Below are positions 25,601 to 37,634 of a stretch of 64,000 nt of DNA, one piece after another (the first letter of the stretch is position 1; each line of letters starts with the position of its first letter). The stretch spans positions 112,656,001 to 112,720,000 of the forward strand of contig NC_087437.1 in NCBI RefSeq assembly GCF_036321535.1. The letters are read 5' to 3'. The notes under the pieces were generated by a model. That model was given only the letters and a program-made list of their open reading frames with translations. It was not told the DNA's origin and did not search any database. A program made the translations under genes and the position numbers. This stretch comes from Camelus dromedarius (Eukaryota).

Positions 25601-26950
25601 AGATGTTATTCAGGGCTGTGGAGCATAAGGTCTCTAGAATCTAGGACCTTTACATTTTTGTCTGATCTCATGGAAGTTAAGAACTCATTTTTTCCATTTA
25701 GAAAAGGCTATTTTTCCATGCATTTTAGTAGACATTTACCTTATAGATACGATATTTATGTTTTCCAAAAATGATCCCAACATGTAAGTGTCTTTCTGTC
25801 TTTATCACCCAAAACCAAGAATTACTTGAAAAAGGAAACAGGGTGAATAAACCTGGCTTTTTTAGGTCTGTAGAAAAGGGGGGAAATAAGAGCACTTTGA
25901 TGTTGAAGCTTTTATGCTAGAATTCCCATCGATAGCCTTTGTATTTTCACTGCCTTTTATGTGAACAGTAAATTTTAGTTTTTTGATGATCAAATGAAAA
26001 ATCTGACCAGCGTTTTAACCAGGAATAATTGATTTTGTTAGTAATTATTGCTAGTATGAATGAACACTTCTTAAAGTAGTTTTAATTCAGTGGACCAGAT
26101 TTTCTGCTTTTTAAATATACTCTATATGCAGCAAGTAATTTATCATGCTGGGGAATCAATAGTCTTGTATTCATGTTCTAGAAACACCAGTTTAAAATTA
26201 GCGATTATCTATGACTTTCTCTTTTTACCTCATTTTACAGGAGAATCAAACATTTTTTGGAGAATTCATAGAGTCATTCTGATAATTATTTTTCTTACAT
26301 ACAGTGCTGAGCTATAGGTATAAAATTGTGGTCTAACAGGTGTCAGACACCATTACCAATAGGGACTTTTTGGACAGCAGCACTTGACCTCACCTTGCCT
26401 TTGGCAGTGTTAGTAGTTACTGTAAGTTTTCCTTGGCACTGATAGCTTAGTGTTCCATATTTTAATATGCTAACTATGATAACAAAGGAGCAACCGGAAG
26501 CACAGCTTAGAGTTTTCAGAGCTCCATTGAGACTCCACACAGAGACTAGATGATGTGTTTTGTGTTGAAAAGTTGAGTCCTTGTCAGTTCCCATCTAGTC
26601 ACTGTGCAGGACAAGTCCTAGCGTGAATGCGTTTACCTTAGAGCATTTCTTTCTTTCAGTCAGTGGCAATGGAGGGAGGCAGCGTGGAAGTGCCTGGCAG
26701 TCCTCCTGGGCTGTGTCATCCACTTAGACATCTTTCTAAAGGTCTCCATGCCCTACTCAGGCAGTGCACATCTTAGACTCAGAATGGTGAACCATCTTCA
26801 GCTCTGTGCTTCACTTTCCCCCACACAGATGAGTGCTCAGTGTCTAAGACAGCATTTACCATGAAGTACTAAGCCTTCTTTGTACAAGTTAATAATGATT
26901 AGTTACCATAAATCGTGCAGTATGAGTGAATCTTTCCTCTTGACAAATTT

Positions 26951-26970
26951 TGTGTGTGTGTGTGTGTGTG
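26951..26970. repeat. (TG)10 microsatellite
   Basis: Direct reading. Confidence 0.9.
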
Positions 26971-28020
26971 ATGGAAGCACTGAACTACAATCTGGATAAG
27001 GTACTATATACTGTAGTCTTTATAACAAGCGTATTTTAGATCATTGAATTTGCCATGTGGCTGCATAATTTGAAAGACAACACTTAGTCATTATTTGGGT
27101 TGATACGCATATTTCCATCATTAGATAGTATAGTCAGCATTACTATTCCAAAAGTGAATAGTACTTTATTTCTTAGAAAAATGCCACTATTTAAGACTAA
27201 TTCGAAATTAAGAATTGTATTCCTTAACATACTTGGGAAATAAATGACTTGTTAAATTAGACACAAGAGGATATTAGAAATATAAATTCTGCCCGTAATG
27301 ATACCTGTCCTAAAAATTGCTCCTAGGAACTGAATTGTTGAAATGAGAATGCCAGTTATAGTAAATAAGATTCTTGGCTTAACTAAGGCTTTTATGCTCT
27401 TGGTTTCAGAAACTTGCTTTCATGGCAGGCTCATTCATTATGAAGGCAGTGAAAGGCAAAATGTTTAGCAACCAGGGGAGCAAAGAAAAGAGCTGGAGAA
27501 GGAACTGCAGAACAGAATGAGAAGTCAGGAAAAAAAAATGCATGCGAAGGGAAACAAGGAAGGAAAGAAAAAGATCCAGAAAGAGGAACTGCAAAGACAG
27601 GAAGAGAAATCAGTGTGAATTCAAATAAGAGCGTTGCTTTCTCTTATTGGTAGAATGTTTGGCTGTTTCATGATTTGCTGTCTTTTTTTGTTCAAGATTA
27701 AATTTAATTTTTTACCTGTGTGATCCTTTTGAAAAGACCTCTTCTTTACAGAAGTAATGCTCTCTCATTCAATGTACCTGTGATTGTGGAAACTACGTAG
27801 ATTCCTTAAATATGAAAAAATAATTAGAAAACTCCCAAGACTCAAAGTAATTAACAGATATTATTGTATTAGATTCTATGCCATACCAATAGATTGGTTG
27901 GTTGCCTGGGTTTTTTAGTATCAGTGTGGGGCTTTCTTTTGAGGTATAAAAAAATACTTAACAAAAGGTGATTGGGGGAGGGAAAAAAGCAGAACCCAGT
28001 CTTTTGAAAAAAAAAAGTTG

Positions 28021-28117
28021 GTTTTGTTTTTTTTTTAAAATGGTTGTACTGGGGATTGAACTCAGGCCCTCGTGCATGCTAAGCATGAACTCTACTGCTT
28101 GAGCTATACCCTCCCCC
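28021..28117 (-). mobile_element. Vic-1-like SINE
   Basis: gtactggggattgaactcagg ... gagctataccctcccc; short aaagttg direct repeat on both flanks. Confidence 0.85.
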
Positions 28118-31100
28118 TTAAAGTTGTCTTTTTTTATTCTCTTTTTTCAGCCAAACCCCTTGAAGTTTTATTCTTTAGAATGACACATTTGAAACAATGG
28201 GATATTGCTTCATAAATAAAGCTGAGACATTTGGGGAAAATTCGGATTTTCAGGAGTCAGTTTTGTCTTTCTGGTAACATAAGGGTATCTAGCAAAGCCT
28301 CTTGGGAGACATGGGAGAAGATTCTTAGTTAGCAGACCCTGTTGCAGAGAGGACAGGGTTTTCCAGCTCTGCTCCCCCTTTCTGTCCACCTGTCGCCTCA
28401 CCCCTTCACAGACACACACACACACCAGGCGTGCGTGCACACTCACATCCCAGCTCATTCGTCTCCGGCTCTCCCATAGCACTTAGGATACATCGACTAC
28501 TCGCCTGTGCCCTGGGGGATTGGATTTACTGTTTGGTTGAATATTGACTTCAGATTTAAAAGTAATATTTAAGCATGTTTTTAAACATTAGTATATCCCT
28601 TCCCGGAATTTAAATAACCAATCAATGTATTTTTTATACTCCTCCCACTTTTCATGCATCAAGAACAAATACATTTTGTAATTTGTGATAAATGGAATAT
28701 TGACTTACCTTGATTTGGGTAAAATTTCTGTTTTGAATAGTTATTTTTCAGATTTTTCCACACAGGTACATGTTCCCCTGTCTTCATGGGGTTTGTTGAT
28801 TGGCTTTCTTTAATAGCTTTCCATTTGTTTTACAACCACTTAATTGGGATAAGTTACTGTATTTTAAGACTCAACAGTCCTTTAAAAAATTCTCATATTG
28901 TATCCTATGTAATATCCTTGGGTGAAAAATAAAGTTTTTTTAATTTTTTTAAATATGAACGAAAGCATGCTCAGCTGTGAAATCTGCAATTCCCCCCTCC
29001 CTCAACATTTGTAAGGAAGGCAAGACATTGACATTTACAAGGTACTTCCATATGGATTCAGCTGTTTGCTTTTGATAACACCTTCCCTTTGCCATAGATA
29101 GGACAGGTACTACTTCCCAAGTCTTACAGATAAACAGAGGGTTGGAGAAGCACCAGCCAATGAACCTTCTTCCTTTATCAAGCTGCCTCCCAGGGACAGG
29201 GAGGGTCTGGAGGCTTCCAGATTCTTGGCATTCATTGAGGTTTTTTGTGGAAGCCAGGAAGGCTCCAGCTGAGTGTCTTGGGTGGAGTGTGGGAGGAAAT
29301 AAAAATAAATAAAATAAAAGCACTTCTGCTTTTGACTTTGTGCAAGTATTAGGTTTAGACAAAACAAACACTTGAAATTTCTGTTGCTGATACATAGATC
29401 AATGTCCTTTGAGGTCAATTTAATATTAACAGTACCAAGATTGTTTTAAATATAAAGGGTGTGTCCTACACGATTTTCTTTTGATGTATAGTGTTGAATT
29501 CAGGAATTTCCAGTAATTAATCAAGGTATGCTTGGTTTTATCTTTCTTTTCCAAGAGATAGCCTGAGGCAAAAACCAGAAGCAGAGTAATCTTTCAAAAA
29601 AGTTAAATGACCAAATTAGCAATGTATGTCCACGAACTGCTCGCCTTCCATAGGCCTTCTATTGCTAGTTATTTTTTTTCTCTCTTCACAAGCCTTTATG
29701 CAACGTAATGTTTAAAAGGAATTCCGTATGTATTGTTTGGTGGATACTTCCTTATGTTCCAAGAAATATCATTTCACATAATATATTCACTTTTGAGTGT
29801 TTCTAAGACCAACTGAAGGAGAAACAGAGTTTTTTAATCAAGTGATTCTGTGCCACTTGCATAGCAATAGAACAACTGTCTTTAGAAACTTGAAAGTGAG
29901 CCATATTTCTCAGGGCAAAAAATTGGATCTTCTTGAGGATTCAATTTGTCAAGCATATTGCTTTTGAAATGCTTTGGCCACGTGCCACAGGATGTCCAGA
30001 GATGTTTAATGGTGCAAATATCTTAATTCTTTGGGGAAAATAAATGACTTTTCCCTCTCGGTTGAAGGAAAGAGGTTAAAAAGCAAGCTGATTGTCTTTT
30101 AACTAATACAAGACAGAATACTTAGTTGCAAATCATTTTCTTATTGTGGTTTATAATCTATGTTTGCTCCCACCCCCCCTTTGAGAATCAAATAAAAGCT
30201 ATGAGCTTACTTAGCAAGAAAAATACCCATACACCCTAGTTTGCATGTAATTTCATAGTGTTCACAGAGCCAAAGCTGATTCATAGACCCTGGATAAGAA
30301 ACTTTGCTCTAAGAATTCTACAGATATTATTGGTGAAAAAAACCTTATTATAACTTATATATAGTACACATTTTGTAGAAATTTTATTTTTCCCATGTAT
30401 TTGTGTGTAGCTAAAACTTCATGAATGAATGCTTAATTATTTCTTATTATATAAGTTACTGTACTTCACTAGGAGATAATATTAAGCTATTGTCCACTAG
30501 ACCTAATGTAAAGCATATCATACCCTTGAATAGAACTCAGAAGAAAAGTCATCAAAGTTGTATAATCAATAAGTATTGCTTGGTAAGTATGCAGCCCATG
30601 AATAAATATGCAATTGTAGAGTTACTAATTTTAGAAAAAAGTCAGTTAATTTTAGGAATAGCCACAAGTGAGATTTTACGTTTTGATTCATAGTAGTTTC
30701 ATATTTGTTCTATTTTTAACTTAGTTATAATGGAGAAATAACTGTGACGAGATTTAACAGAATTTGCACAGTCACTTAAATCAGGCTGATCTCCGGGAGC
30801 GTTGATATTTTTCTTAGCTACTTCTCCCAATAGTTCTCTCATTTCTGAATAAATAAAGAAAGAATTTAATGACACCAGATTTATTTGTCACCTGAAAAAT
30901 ATTTAAAAGCAACTTTTCAATAACTGTATTGATACTTGAGTTTCTTAAACAGTGTTGAAAAGGCGGGAAGGAACATGGCCGCCCTGGGCTCCATGTGAAG
31001 GGGCCTGGCGGTCCACCACCCTCGTCTTGCATGGGAAGGCGAGCTGTTAGCTAGTTTTTAGTACATATTCCTTCATTCTCGGATTGCCTTCTCAGAAGTT

Positions 31101-31673
31101 CAGCGTTTTAAAAAAAGGTAATCAAGTTCAGAATCATACCTTTTCTGTTATGTTGCTTCATGCCGTCTTAAACTCCCAAGTCCGAGAAAAGGGAGGAAGT
31201 ACCTGTTCATAGCCTCTTGATTTCCTTACCCTTGACTGTGTATCTCTGCAGTATTTGACTTGGATGAAGGAAATGACAGGGAAACTTTTGCTGCCTTCAA
31301 ATCTGGATCATAAGATGTCAGAGCCTTCTGTTACCTCATTTGACATCTGTTACTCTGTGGCTCCTGCAAGCTCTGTTTCCTTGGAGGTACTTGAAGTTGC
31401 AACTTATTCAGCCAATTCCAAAGATAGGTTCAGCTTAGCTTCTAATTCTCTTACACTGCCCCCCCCCAAAAAAAACAATGTGCCATAAAAATTTTTGAGT
31501 ATCTTCCTTCATGTATTTGATACATTTAAAAATTATTTTAAAACTGACTCATTAACATGATTTTATTCCCCCATACATTCTTTCAATTCACTTCTTACTG
31601 CTTTTCATTTTATAGTGCCTCCTCATATGTTATGGCTTTATTTCCATGTGTCTTGACTTTGTATCTGGCAATT

Positions 31674-31864
31674 TTTTTTTTTTAATTTTCTTTATTTAAA
31701 AAAATTTTTTTTGAAGAATCACTTATTTATTTAGGTTTTTTTTGTGGCGGGGGGAGGTAATTAGGTTTATTTATTTATATTTAGAGGAGGTACTAGGGAT
31801 TGAACTCAGGACCTCGTGCATGCTAAGCTTGCACTCCTCCACTTGAGCTATACCTCCCTCTGCC
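31674..31864 (-). mobile_element. Vic-1-like SINE with TSD
   Basis: TSD gtatctgg(c/t)aatt at 31661-31673 and 31865-31877. Confidence 0.88.
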
Positions 31865-32090
31865 GTATCTGGTAATTATTGATCTATAAATTAATATCCA
31901 CTTACTAGAGCTCAGTATAGAAAGGAAATGTGCAGTGTAATTTGCCAGTAAAATGAAAAACCTTCATCGGTACACCATGGCTGGAATCCATTCTAATTGG
32001 CCAGTGCTTGTGCAGTAAGTACATGTTGTTAAGTATTTTGAATATCACTCTGCCTATAGATGCAGTTTTCTTAGATGAAGTAAGAACTTT

Positions 32091-32224
32091 TCTTTTTGTA
32101 GGGGGATAATTAGGTTTACTTATTTATTTGTTATTTTTTTTATTTAAATAGAGGTACTGGGAATTGAACCCGTGACCTCGTGCATGCTAAGCATGTACTC
32201 TACCACTGAGCTATACCCTCCCAC
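32091..32224 (-). mobile_element. Vic-1-like SINE with TSD
   Basis: TSD taagaacttt at 32081-32090 and 32225-32234. Confidence 0.88.
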
Positions 32225-34717
32225 TAAGAACTTTCCTTTTTTAATATATAATCAGGTTTCTGAATATCATGCTAAAATGTTATTCCTCCTCTGTCATTTC
32301 CTGCTCTTTTGTACTTAATTGCAGCTCAGAATTATTCTGCTTACTGGTTATGCCTTTTTGGTTTATGCAATAAGAATAAAATCCTAAATAAAAAGGGCAC
32401 TGAGATAAAGAATAAATTTTCATGGTGATGAACTGTGTCTAAGAATTTAACAGATCTTAAAGCTTAAACAAAACAAAACAAAACAAAAAAAACCCTATAG
32501 ATCATCTACTCTGATTCAGCTACTGGCCCATATCAGGGACCTGAGATTAGAATCCTCGTATCTTTGTTCCCAGTTCAGTGCCTTTTACTTATATTCTGTT
32601 ACTATGAATTGTTTTTCTGAACTAATTTGAGAATTTTATGCAATTGAAGATGAAATTTGAAAATAGGGGAAAAAAAAGTCAACCTTTCATCTCTTCTGAC
32701 CCTTCCTTTTGCAGGATCTCAGCCATTGGGCCAATGGTAGAGTGAACCATCCCAGTCTGTGTGGGGACTGACTTTTGGTTGCCCCTCCTAGGACCTTTAG
32801 AGTTCATTTAGCAGCACTCCACTGCTGTTTTCCTTTGCGTATAGAGTTATTAACTTGAACCAAGAGAGCAGATTACTCTAATAGGAATTAACCCATGTTT
32901 TCCCTGTGTCTTTGAAATATCAAATCTTAAATATGAACCAGTTTTTTCATTCATGTTTTCAGAGATTACTATTTATGCTTGATTCCAAATTACTGTGAAA
33001 AGCAATCCTGTTAGCGCATTAACGTTTTAGATCCTGTGGTATGTCACGGAGAAAGAATGAAAAGTAGAGTTCTTTTTACCTGGTGTTGGTTTTCTCTTAG
33101 CTAGAACTTTAAACAGAGCAAGGCTTCATCATTACTTATTATTACTTATGACCAGTCTCCATTCTTGGCCTTTCATGCCCCTCTGTAGCTAAACTTGTCC
33201 CAGGTCCCCTTCATAATTTGGAAGTCACACGCCCCATGGCTGTGGCCATAGGGAATAGGCCACCAATTTGTGCCTTACCAAAGCTGTGCCTCTTCCTGCT
33301 GCATCCTGCCTGAATATGCCCAGGCTCACCTGCTGGGCTCTCCACTGAAGCCCCTTCCTTCTCCATCTCAAGTGCCTCCTTCCCTCCAGCCCTCCCACCT
33401 CTCTCTGCCCCTGCTCCCCCTAACCTCCAGATCTCCAGGTAAACTTTCTTCTCATATCATGTTGATCCCTTTTAGTTTTTAGGACCTCTCAGTTTCACTT
33501 GTACATGCCTTCTGACTTTATCTTAAGAACAATCTAACTAGTAGGAAATGGTTGGCCCCACTCTTAGGGCTTTTCTCCGGGAATAAGTGCATTTTAACAC
33601 TTATCTTCTACTGACAGCCTATCTTTGATGTCCAATCTCTAGATGGAATCTAAAGGTAGGAATAAGGCAGGAAGAAACCTACCTGTCCAGACTTACCAAT
33701 GAGCAAGACTAGAGAAGACAGGGCAGGCCTTAGTTCTTAAACCTCACCATATAGACCCCTGGACTGCCCCCCTAGTTAGCCAGACCAAGAAGTCAACTGG
33801 AAATTCTCTCTTGTTTCTACTGGTCACTTTGACTCATCTGATGTATTGTTGACGCAAGTAAGAGGAGGTTTGGTGACTGGATCTGTTAGTGAACATTTGA
33901 TTCCTGTGGAATCAAGGGGTTCTCCCACTCCCCCAACAGGTATTTCTTTGTTCTTCAGACTTCTGGGTGTTTCATCTTCTGACTTCAATACTTTAAATAT
34001 CATAAAACACACTTTATTTTCAGTAACCTGTTAAGGAAATTACTTATTCCTATGCTAGTGTCAAATAAGGAAATCGGATCCAAAGTGGTGATCAAATTAT
34101 AGCTTAGACTTTCAGTCTGACTGCTGGTTTAGTTTGGGGCAGCTGACAGTTTCACACATGGTTTTAGTAAGAAGAGATGCACCAAAAGAGGTCTGATTTG
34201 AAGAAAAATAGACCCAAAGGGGTGTGCAGGAGACTCAAGGTTGTGGAGCAAAGGGACGTTCTTTTGTTCTAAGGCAGCATGTCACAAGAAGAAGGTGAGG
34301 TTGTAATGGTTAGATGGAGGGAGTCTGTGAAGAAGTGGGTTTATCTTTAAAGCCAGTGGAGGCTGAGTGTTGATTCGTTATTGAAAGAACCTTAAGGTTG
34401 CATTCGTGATCACCACCATGTCTTAAAACTGATCAAGTTCCATTATTATTGCTGAGTCTTGAGTTGTGTGGTTTCTCTAATACTTGTCATTAGCAAACTT
34501 CTTCTAGACAAGGTGCAGTGTGTTGTGACTCAACTAAAATACGATCTAGAACAACTTTCAGAGATCAGTCATGTCAAAATGTAGAGTGATTTCTGTTTTC
34601 CGAGATCATGTTTTCCAGACCTCCTGAAGCTTTATCTCCTAAGTGTCTGGGCTTCTCCACAGTGGAAATGTCTGTCAGCTGGTGGTGTTACATGAACTGT
34701 GTCTTGACTATTTGTAG

Positions 34718-34845
34718 GAATTAAGGGAAATCCATAATAAGCAGCAACTCCAGAAACAGAAGTCCATAGAAGCTGAACGACTGAAACAGAAAGAACAAGA
34801 ACGAAAGATCCTAGAATTAGAAAAACAAAAAGAAGAAGCCCAAAG
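34718..34845 (+). CDS. ITSN1: ITSN1 exon 17 ([43 protein letters not shown])
   Basis: tgtag acceptor, AG|gtgagt donor; 128 nt, phase 0 to 2; absent from the ORF track on the + strand. Confidence 0.96.
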
Positions 34846-36006
34846 GTGAGTCTTTTCAGTGGATTGTGGACCATCTGGAAGGAACTTTGAGTATTTACTA
34901 TTCTGTGCCGGGCTTCTCCAAGTACTGACCACACCAGAAAGAGCCTTGTCTTCAATGTGTGCATAAGCACGAACACATGTATATGTAAATCTTCGCATAT
35001 AGAAGTACCCCCTGAAGGTTTTGGTTAGTTCCCAGAGCTCTCTCAGGCTCTGACGATGTAGATAAATGGAATTATACAAGGAAATTGGGACACTTGGTAT
35101 GCTCATTTGCATGCCAATGACCAAGATGCGTTTCCAGTTCACAGCCTTTTAATAACAGTGGCGGTCAGAGTACTGGGTTTGAAATCAAAGTCCCTGAGCT
35201 CACTGGCCACACAGGGTTTCTCCACTGGGACTGACAGTGTGTCACACCATCTTCTTTCTTCTTTTTTTCAACTACAGATTAAACAAGTTCAAAAGGAGGG
35301 AATTTGCTGTTGCTGTTGCTGTTTAGGACACAGACACATTTTTGTTTCTTTTTGTTTGAGTATTTGTGTTTGTTGTCTTTTATTTTTACTTGTAGCTTTC
35401 GGTAGTCAATTGTAGAAACTTATTTAACTTTTGGTGTGTCTGATTTTGTTATTGGATATTTGTGTTTTAAACTTCAAGCTGATTTTAGGCTCCCAAGAAA
35501 CAAAAATGACCAAATATCCCGATATAGTATAAATTATATAATTTGGTTATTGAAATTAGACTGAGAAGATGAAGAAAGAGATGCTTTAGGAAAGTCATTG
35601 TCTTTAGTGGGCAAAGCTCAGTGTAACTGCCCAGGGTGGTGTGCTTTTGGCTTATGGGTCCATGTAGCATTCTACGTCTGGTGTTTGGGGTTTTTTTCTT
35701 GCCTTTGGGTAAGTAGGTCAGGTCTCAAACCAATTTACAGAACTATTTTATGGTTTTCTTGGAGGTAGGATTATGCCCAAGGATTAATTCCTTGGCTGTA
35801 TTGATTAACTCTAACTCCATCCTTTTCTTATCTTCCTAATTTACTATTTACAATATACTGTGCCGAACTTTCACATTCCTGCAGAGTACAAATAAACACA
35901 CAGTCTCATAATAAAGTTTAAATTTTCTGCTTATAATTATATGATAAATAGTACCCAAAATTTAACTTCAGAAATTACGTGGTTATATGCTTTTATAAGT
36001 GGTGAC

Positions 36007-36009
36007 TAT

Positions 36010-36056
<47 letters not shown>

Positions 36057-36140
36057 TTGAAGTACCATCAGTTACAACGTGTCAGTTTCCGGTGTGCAGC
36101 ACAGTGTCCCAGTCATGCATATACATACGTATATTCCTTT
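36007..36140 (-). mobile_element. Very short L1 3'-end insertion with (TATT)n tail and TSD
   Basis: Same family text as 7493-7590; TSD taagt(g/a)gtgac at 35996-36006 and 36141-36151. Confidence 0.7.
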
Positions 36141-36454
36141 TAAGTAGTGACCTTTATTAGTAGAATATGTTAAGCAAATTTTATTGTGTTTTTTCTGTTG
36201 TTGTTATGAGTAACAATTAACATCCCTATCCCTCCAAAAAATGTTTTCCATTGCTTTCTTAAAAGATGTTTTAAAAATTATAAATAAAATGCTTAAGATT
36301 TAAATTACGAAGGATTCCACTGCAGGACATTTTCATGTTTATACAGAGTAAACATAGTGTTTTTAAAATGGAGAGTAGAAGTTTTATTTGTTTATATTAC
36401 GTGCCCTCGGCTGTTTTCTGATTCCGGGAGATGACCTTTGTGCATTGGCCATGT

Positions 36455-36640
36455 CACAGGCTAGCGATTCAGGGTGTGGACTTTAGAACCAAGCTGTCTG
36501 GATTGAACCCCGGGCCAATGTGGCTGTGTGACCTTGGGCAAGTCACTTACCACCTTGGCCTCATTGTCGTCATCTGTAGAAAGCGGCTGACGACAGGACC
36601 TATCTTCCTGGTGTGAGGGTTAACTTCGTAGCCAGCAAAC
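36455..36640 (+). mobile_element. MIR relic
   Basis: ggctgtgtgaccttgggcaagtcacttaccaccttggcctcattgtcgtcatctgtagaa. Confidence 0.75.
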
Positions 36641-37404
36641 CTGGAGGGCTAGTTATTATTAACACAATATCATTTATTTTTGCACATGAGTTTCATTTAA
36701 GGTGTTGTCTGATTTTATAAAATACTATAGAATGAGAGAAGAATCATTTCCAGTCTTCTCCTATGGATTTCAGGCTGAGGTCACCATACTTTTCAAGTCC
36801 TGGGTTTAATCACAGTTTCTCTCTTGATGTCAGCTACTTTGAAGCACAAACACAAAGTAATCAGGTTCAGTAGAATATATAGAAGCTATTGCTTAGTGAG
36901 AGACGCTCACTACCTCAAGTGTTCAGAATAACCGTTTGCTTTTCCATGTCAGTTGTGGAGAGCCCCGTGTGTGCGTGTAAATGTGGCATGTCCCCTCAAT
37001 GGTCTAATTATTCAGGGACTTTTTTAAGCAGTATTTCATTTGCAGTGTTGGGTGTTCTTTCTCTTCGTGGAAGTTACGTTCCTGTGTGTTTTTTGGCTTT
37101 CATTTTTCTTGGCAGTTATTTACCAGCTTTAAAATTGGGAAGTCTTTTTGTTCTTTTTCTATCGCTGTGGAAGATACATCAGAAATTGGCTTACTGTGTT
37201 GTCTAAATCATGTGATTTCATCTCACTGGGAAGGGGAGCCCCCCGAGAGCCTCTGTTTCCCTGATTCAGACCCCTCCATCTGAAGAACAAGATGCCTTGA
37301 TGTTTAGCATCCCATTGACTTAGACGGAGCTTCTTGTGAAAAGAGGCAGCGGCAGTGTTGACTTGGAGTTGCTTCCTTGCTGTAATCAGGCATTTTGTTG
37401 ACAG

Positions 37405-37634
37405 ACGAGCTCAGGAAAGGGACCAACAGTGGCTTGAGCACGTTCAACAAGATGATGAGCATCCGCGGCCGAGAAAACCCCACGAGGAGGAAAAACTCAA
37501 AAGGGAAGAGAGTGTCAAAAAGAAGGACAGTGAGGAAAAGGGCAAACAGGAAATGCAGGACAAGCTGAGTCGGCTCTTCCATCCACATCCAGAACCAGCT
37601 AAGCCCGCTGTCCAAGCACCCTGGTCCACCGCAG
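37405..37634 (+). CDS. ITSN1: ITSN1 exon 18 ([15 protein letters not shown]...[10 protein letters not shown])
   Basis: gacag acceptor, G|gtacga donor; 230 nt, phase 2 to 1. Confidence 0.96.

Noticed and set aside
28949..29418. 148-aa and 102-aa minus-strand ORFs in intron 16
   Set aside because: No recognisable domain, splice structure or codon bias; compatible with chance in 64 kb
29492..29525. 34-nt AG...GT block with a strong donor (CAAG|gtatgc)
   Set aside because: Mediocre acceptor, frame-shifting length and an immediate stop; not distinguishable from background pseudo-sites
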